DNA from: Gemmatimonas sp.
Lineage (GTDB): Bacteria; Gemmatimonadota; Gemmatimonadetes; Gemmatimonadales; Gemmatimonadaceae
Reading direction: 5' to 3'
Assembly (NCBI GenBank): GCA_965279375.1
Contig: OZ257156.1
Location: forward strand, 4,096,001 to 4,160,000
Length of the DNA: 64,000 nucleotides
Below the pieces are notes generated by a model that was not told where the DNA came from, searched no databases, and saw only the letters and a program-made list of their open reading frames with translations. Shown here in pieces: positions 58,937-64,000 of this stretch. How positions within the stretch are numbered: position 1 is the first letter of the stretch; the number at the start of each line of letters is the position of its first letter. A program made the position numbers and the translations under genes.

Positions 58937-59823
58937 TCCGCGATCGCCTCGGGCAGTACCGGATCAAAGGCGCCCGCCGGAAAAATCCGCACGGCGTTCC
59001 GCCAGCGCATCGCCTCGATGTCAGCGGACGACGCCCCGGTGTGAGCGAGCGCGCGCAGTTTCGTGAGTCCCGTGCACAGCGTGAGGTCGGCCGCCCACAG
59101 CAGACGCGACGCGCCGACCCAGTGCAGCGCCTCGTCGATCATGCCGCGATCGACTCCGCTTCCCGACAGATCCATCACGATATTCGGGCAATCCACGACA
59201 GCAGGAAAAGTGTGCGCCCAGTCGCCGCCGCCACCGATGTGCGCCAGCAGAAACGTGGTGCGCGGATGCCGCGCGGCGAGCCGGGCGAGATCGATGCCGT
59301 CGGATGCATCCTGATTGGGCCAGTCCCGTCGACGATGCTGCCAGACGTGGTGCAGCACGGGCCAATGGTGCTCCGCGGCCACGGCCACCAACTCATCGAG
59401 CAACACGTCATCGGCACGCCGACCTGCGGCGAGTTTGAGCCCGATCGCACCACGCGCTGCGCCCCTCGCCATCTCTGCCATCGCGTGCGCCGTGAAATTC
59501 GGATTCACTGCCACGAACGCACGCACCTTCGCGCCGTGCAATGCAGCGAAATCGAACATCCAGTCGTTGGCTCGCGTCTGATCGTCAGGCGATGCGAAAT
59601 AGGTGGGCGAGGTGTGTCCCCACGACCCCAGCACCGACGCCACGTGTGAGCGCACACCGATGCGGTCGCCGGCCGATAGCCGCGACGCATTGTATTGCGC
59701 CCAGTCGCCGCGATTGGTGAACGGCGTGTGGAAGTGCGCATGTACGTCGATCAGGGGCGCGCTGCCGCCGAGCGGTTCGGGTGTCGCGTGCAGAGGAGCC
59801 TCCGCAGAGATAGTCTCGGACAT
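58933..59823 (-). CDS. amidohydrolase_2-family metal-dependent hydrolase
   Basis: IDVHAH, VNP, IGLKL, PVLHH, LAHIGGG, DLSGS, GASRLLWAAD. Confidence 0.88.
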   Translation of the reverse strand: MSETISAEAPLHATPEPLGGSAPLIDVHAHFHTPFTNRGDWAQYNASRLSAGDRIGVRSHVASVLGSWGHTSPTYFASPDDQTRANDWMFDFAALHGAKVRAFVAVNPNFTAHAMAEMARGAARGAIGLKLAAGRRADDVLLDELVAVAAEHHWPVLHHVWQHRRRDWPNQDASDGIDLARLAARHPRTTFLLAHIGGGGDWAHTFPAVVDCPNIVMDLSGSGVDRGMIDEALHWVGASRLLWAADLTLCTGLTKLRALAHTGASSADIEAMRWRNAVRIFPAGAFDPVLPEAIAE

Positions 59824-59827
59824 ACGG

Positions 59828-61069
59828 TCAATCTTCGATGCGACGTGGCCCCGGCACCAGCGCTTGCGCAATGATTGGCATCGCGCGCGCGATGACGTCC
59901 ATCGCCTGCTCGTCGTGCGCAAGCGCCGCGAACTGGTAGGCACCACGCTTGAGCAGCACGCCCTCGCGCGCAGCGGCAGCGACGAGAGCATCGAGCTGCT
60001 CGGGCACGTCGGCCGTGAGCCGCCACATCACCGGCGGCCCCTCCGCGCGCACGCCGATCCACGGCGATTCCGCGAGCGCGGTGCCGATGATCTCCTGCAA
60101 CATGCCACCGGCCGCAGCGAGACGCTCGGCGATGTCCACACGCTCATGCCACCCCAACACCGCATTAGCTGCCGCCAGCCCCGTGCTCTCGGCGGCAGCA
60201 GTGGACGAAATCCACGTGCGCGTGGCGGCGCCCATGATCTCCGCGTGCCCAACCACGGCGGCCAGGGGATAGCCGTTAGCCATCGCCTTGCCCAGTGTGG
60301 TGAGATCGGGAATGACGCCCAGGAGTTCCTGCACGCCGCCCGTTCGGACGCGGAAAGCCGTCTTGATCTCATCGAAGACGAGTACCGCACCGACGCGATC
60401 GCAGGCACGACGAGCAGCGAGCAGCCATGCGCGATCGGCGATGTCGTGCACCAGCGGCTCGAGGATGACGGCGGCCAGCGTGTCGCCCGCCGCGTCGATC
60501 GCGGCCTCAAGTGCGGCGACATCGTTGAACGGCACCCACGTCACCGCACGACGTTCCGCCTCGAGGACGCCCGCCGCATCGCTGCACCAGTCGAGCCAAC
60601 CGAAGTAGCCGGAGGCGATGATCTGCGTGCGCCCCGTGGCAGTCCGCGCGAGCCGCACCGCCGCGGCGGTCGCCTCCGCGCCAGTTCGTAGAAAGCGCAC
60701 CTGTTCGGCGCACGGAATGACGTCGATGAGCCGTTCGGCCACCTCGACTTCGAGGCGATGCGGCAAGCCGGTAACGTTGCCTGCCGCCGCCGCCTCCTGC
60801 ACCGCGCGAGTGACGGCGGGATCGGCGTATCCGATGGCGACGGCGCCGAGTGCCATGGAGCAGTCGATGAAGCGCCGGCCGTCCGGCGCCCACAGTGTGC
60901 ACCCTTCGGCGCGCTCGTAGTGCGTAGGAACCGCCGCATCGAGCGCGCGTGTGCCGTAGAGCGCGTCAGGACGCTTGCTGCCGGTGGACGATCCGCCCGG
61001 GATGGCGTCGGCTGCGCGTGAGCGCCAGTCGTCGTCCGAATCCTCCGTGAACGGAATCTGCCGGTTCAC
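59828..61069 (-). CDS. class-III PLP aminotransferase (glutamate-1-semialdehyde aminomutase-like)
   Basis: AIPGG, DGRRFID, TGAEAT, FND, ILEP, LVFDEIKTAFR, PDLTTLGKAMANG. Confidence 0.9.
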   Translation of the reverse strand: MNRQIPFTEDSDDDWRSRAADAIPGGSSTGSKRPDALYGTRALDAAVPTHYERAEGCTLWAPDGRRFIDCSMALGAVAIGYADPAVTRAVQEAAAAGNVTGLPHRLEVEVAERLIDVIPCAEQVRFLRTGAEATAAAVRLARTATGRTQIIASGYFGWLDWCSDAAGVLEAERRAVTWVPFNDVAALEAAIDAAGDTLAAVILEPLVHDIADRAWLLAARRACDRVGAVLVFDEIKTAFRVRTGGVQELLGVIPDLTTLGKAMANGYPLAAVVGHAEIMGAATRTWISSTAAAESTGLAAANAVLGWHERVDIAERLAAAGGMLQEIIGTALAESPWIGVRAEGPPVMWRLTADVPEQLDALVAAAAREGVLLKRGAYQFAALAHDEQAMDVIARAMPIIAQALVPGPRRIED

Positions 61070-61851
61070 TCCTCGATTCCTCGCGCGGTCAGCGCCTGCT
61101 TGACGGCCGCGCGCGATTCGCGTTCGATCGTGCGCAACACTTCGATGCTGGCGGTGCGGAGCAGCAGGAGTTCGCGTGCGTCGGGCGCGGCGCGGAAGAT
61201 GAGCGAGCGCATGTTGCGCATGATGTGCTCGGAGTTGCGCGTCTTGAAATACGCCAGTGCGGCCAGCGCAGCCTCGACGTCGGCAAAGGCCAACTCGAGC
61301 TCCTGCATGGTTGGCGGCGCGGTGGCCTTCTTGGGAGCGGCGATGCGCTTGGTGGCATCGCCCGCCTGCGTGTGCAACTCGTACAGGGCCACGAGACAGG
61401 CTTGCGCCACGTTGAGCGAGAAGTGCTCGGTGGTAGGAATCGTCGCCACGGCGTGCGCGCGATCCAGCGCGTCGTTGGGGAGCCCGTGATCCTCGCGCCC
61501 GAACATGATCGCCACCCGACCTTCCGGGATGTAGCTCAACAGATCCGCCGCAGCGGTTCGCGGCGTGTGCCGTGCCCACTTGGCGGCTCGACGACGTCCG
61601 GAGAAGGCGATGACGCGTACGCAATCGGCCAGCGCGTCGTCGATCGTCTCGAAGTGCTGAATGCGCTCGACGATGTCGCGCGTGTCGTGTGCGATCTGCT
61701 CCAGCCGATTCTTGTCGTAACGGCAGGGGCGGATCAGACGAAGGTCCACAGCGCCCATGTTCTTCATCGCGCGCACAACGGCGCCGATGTTGATCGGGTC
61801 CTGCGATTCGTAGAGCACGACCGTCACGGCGGTCAGAACGGAGTCGGTCAT
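61066..61851 (-). CDS. trmJ: SPOUT RNA methyltransferase, TrmJ/LasT family
   Basis: NIGAVVRAMKNMG, FGREDHGL.N, IPT...SLNVAQA. Confidence 0.9.
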   Translation of the reverse strand: MTDSVLTAVTVVLYESQDPINIGAVVRAMKNMGAVDLRLIRPCRYDKNRLEQIAHDTRDIVERIQHFETIDDALADCVRVIAFSGRRRAAKWARHTPRTAAADLLSYIPEGRVAIMFGREDHGLPNDALDRAHAVATIPTTEHFSLNVAQACLVALYELHTQAGDATKRIAAPKKATAPPTMQELELAFADVEAALAALAYFKTRNSEHIMRNMRSLIFRAAPDARELLLLRTASIEVLRTIERESRAAVKQALTARGIEE

Positions 61852-62016
61852 CCAGTGGGGAACGAAGTACGGACGGGCGCAAACGCGGGGCTGTGACGCG
61901 TGTTCGATTCGAGCAGACGCGCGTCGCGCCCACAAGATAGCGGTCCAGCGTCAGCGCAGTGTTGACGGCGCGCCGCGAAAAGGCGCCCGCCGCGCCGATT
62001 TCGCGAATTCCGATGC

Positions 62017-63999
62017 TTACGTGAGTGACAGCCGCAGCGCACGCGCCGGTTCATGGCGATCGCCGCGCAGATACCCGAAGCCCCCGCCTCCGCTGAGTAC
62101 CAGCTGCCCGCGGCGACGCTCTCTCCCAGAGGGGCGTTCATTCACAACGAGGTCAAATCGCACGGTGCCGTCGCGTGCCCGAGGCAGCGTTTCGCGACGC
62201 CAGGCGAGTCGAATCGCCCAACCATCCGCCGTCGGACGCCATCGAACGGTCGGCTCGATCTCTTGCCCGGGGACGAGTGGAGTGACACGAGGCTGATCAG
62301 GGTGCGCCGGCACAATCAACCCAGCGGCCACCCAGTCGGCGTCGGCGTGCGCGCCGAGGTACCACTGCAGGCCGTCGCCGTTGATGTCCGCGTGCTCGTT
62401 GTCCAGCGGGTTCTCCCGCGGCTCCGCGTCGCATACCAGCGGGCCGGTGCGGATGACGACGTCCACGACGAGTTCCGCCGCGGTCGCGGCGATCTGCACG
62501 TCGGCCGTGGGTGCACCCGCGTCCTCCCACGTCTCTTCCGTTCGGACGTAGTGCGCCGCCTCGAGGGAAAAGTGCTGCGCCCCCGGTATCTCTTCACCCG
62601 GATGCGCGCCGATCGCCGAGTCGGGCAGCGTCGGCACAAGCACGGCGGCATCGCCCGAGGCGGCCTTGCCCTCCGTGACGGCGACAGGACGTAGCCGCGG
62701 CACGAGACCTTCGAGGTCGATGCTGCTGCGTGCGTGGGCGGCAGTGAGCGCGACATGCCATCCGTGCGGCGCGCGACTGTGTTCGGCGAGCGTGCCGTCG
62801 CTCGTTGTCACGCTGATGGTGGGCGTGTCGCCCAGCTCGAAGTGGACTGCGCTGACAGTCAGCGCGCCAGCGTGCGAATGCGCATTGGAGACGGGCGCAG
62901 ACGACGGTGCGGGCCAGCACCAGACGCCGGCGATGACGCCGCTCCGCCCATGCACGCGCAACCAATGGCGTTCGTCGCTACTGCGCTCTGGCGCGCCGGG
63001 CACGGCACCTCGCAGCAGCACGCCCGGCGCACTCGACGCGTACCAGACCGACGCCGCTCGTCCGGACGCCGCGCCCGCGCTCTGCTCCGACGGTGCGTCC
63101 TGTGCGGACACGGACTGCGCCTCCAGCATCACGCGCGGCACCAACGGGGCAACTTCGGTGCTGCGGACAAACTCGAAGCCATCTTCCACGCCGCCTGCGC
63201 CGTGCAACTCTGTAGGAAGCCAGTCCGGTGCCGGCACAACCGTCGCGCGCGCCGTAATCGGGAGCATGATCTCCGGGTCGGCGGAGATCGTTGGGTCGAC
63301 GGAGCTCCACTCGAGCAGGTCCACGAGATAGCCATCGGCGACGACGATGGTGCGATCGATGGACACGCCGGGCACGATGTCGCGCGCGCGCTTCCAGATC
63401 CACCCTGCGCCACCGCGATCTTCGAAGGCCAACAACTCGCCGGCCATCGCCTGCTGCGATCGGCCGTTTACGAGTGGTGCCGCATGTGCGAGCGTGCTGC
63501 GATACCAGTGCAACGAGCGGTCGGTGTAGCTGCCCGCGCCGGGATCCTGCAGCCAGCGCGCGTCGTCCGACTGCAGCGTCAGCGCGAGCCGATCGGGATG
63601 CCCGTGACCGCCGCCAGAATGCCCACCCTCCAGTGCAACGTACGTTCGCGCCGAATCGCGTCGAATGACGGCGAGTCCCTGCGCCGGCAGACAACCACTT
63701 CCCTGCACCCACGGCGCGGCGGGCGGCGGAGCTTCGTCTGCCGCGAGCAGCGCGCGCCACGAGAGGTCCGCGCGCGTCAGCCGTGCGGGCGGCGCATTGC
63801 GTTCGGCGTCTGCGGTGGAGCGCCAGCGTTGCGTCTCACGCGAGGGGGCCGTGCCATCGTAGAGGCGTGTGAGAATACCGGCGAGTCGCGGATCGGCCGC
63901 GCCGACACGCTTGCTCTCGGCGTACCCAAGCTCGCACCATTCCGCGATGCGCCACTGTCGCATGGAGACGGCGTATTGCGAATCGCGTCGCGACGGGAA
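62017..63999 (-). CDS. heparinase II/III-like protein, 5' end outside the window, with extra C-terminal beta domains
   Basis: GLAVIR, GGGHGHPDRL, DPGAGSY, WYRSTLAH..PLVNG; frame open to the window edge. Confidence 0.8.
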   Translation of the reverse strand, partial: FPSRRDSQYAVSMRQWRIAEWCELGYAESKRVGAADPRLAGILTRLYDGTAPSRETQRWRSTADAERNAPPARLTRADLSWRALLAADEAPPPAAPWVQGSGCLPAQGLAVIRRDSARTYVALEGGHSGGGHGHPDRLALTLQSDDARWLQDPGAGSYTDRSLHWYRSTLAHAAPLVNGRSQQAMAGELLAFEDRGGAGWIWKRARDIVPGVSIDRTIVVADGYLVDLLEWSSVDPTISADPEIMLPITARATVVPAPDWLPTELHGAGGVEDGFEFVRSTEVAPLVPRVMLEAQSVSAQDAPSEQSAGAASGRAASVWYASSAPGVLLRGAVPGAPERSSDERHWLRVHGRSGVIAGVWCWPAPSSAPVSNAHSHAGALTVSAVHFELGDTPTISVTTSDGTLAEHSRAPHGWHVALTAAHARSSIDLEGLVPRLRPVAVTEGKAASGDAAVLVPTLPDSAIGAHPGEEIPGAQHFSLEAAHYVRTEETWEDAGAPTADVQIAATAAELVVDVVIRTGPLVCDAEPRENPLDNEHADINGDGLQWYLGAHADADWVAAGLIVPAHPDQPRVTPLVPGQEIEPTVRWRPTADGWAIRLAWRRETLPRARDGTVRFDLVVNERPSGRERRRGQLVLSGGGGFGYLRGDRHEPARALRLSLT

Positions 64000-64000
64000 G

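Overview
High-GC bacterial chromosomal window. Gene content and protein style suggest Gemmatimonadota (Gemmatimonas-like); this is inference, not a database result. It is mostly core or semi-core genome, and I found no integrase, transposase, prophage or CRISPR array. Left to right: pyrF-pyrD-amidase-smpB and tRNA-Leu(CAG); an IscR-like Rrf2 regulator; a long minus-strand run (aspA/fumC-like lyase, MBL hydrolase, trxB, a Cys/His-rich Rossmann protein, a pteridine-reductase-like SDR, a PHP protein, and 2-oxoacid dehydrogenase E1a/E1b/E2 without E3); an inositol-phosphate synthase plus PI-phosphate-synthase-like pair; a peptidoglycan/amino-sugar salvage cluster (NamZ, NagZ, AmiE-like, NagB-PIG-L fusion, Na+/solute symporter, BadF-type sugar kinase); gltP and hppA; a TonB-ExbB-ExbD-ExbD-TonB cluster with SusC/SusD and a barrel-less plug protein; two two-component systems; hsp20, AhpE-like peroxiredoxin and a REC-GGDEF-EAL protein; tRNA-Ala(TGC); an alternative complex III operon (actABCDEF); an amidohydrolase pair, a class-III aminotransferase, trmJ and a partial heparinase II/III-like gene. 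The strongest leads are the PTS-independent cell-wall sugar salvage pathway, the barrel-less TonB plug protein, an ActB retaining a full FS0 cysteine motif, a degenerate (GAFPGA, Walker-B DN) NtrC-like protein facing sigma54-like sites and a thermometer-like hairpin at hsp20, and a ~99-nt structured RNA candidate after pyrF. All calls were made by eye from motifs; many start codons were reassigned from the ORF track and are approximate.
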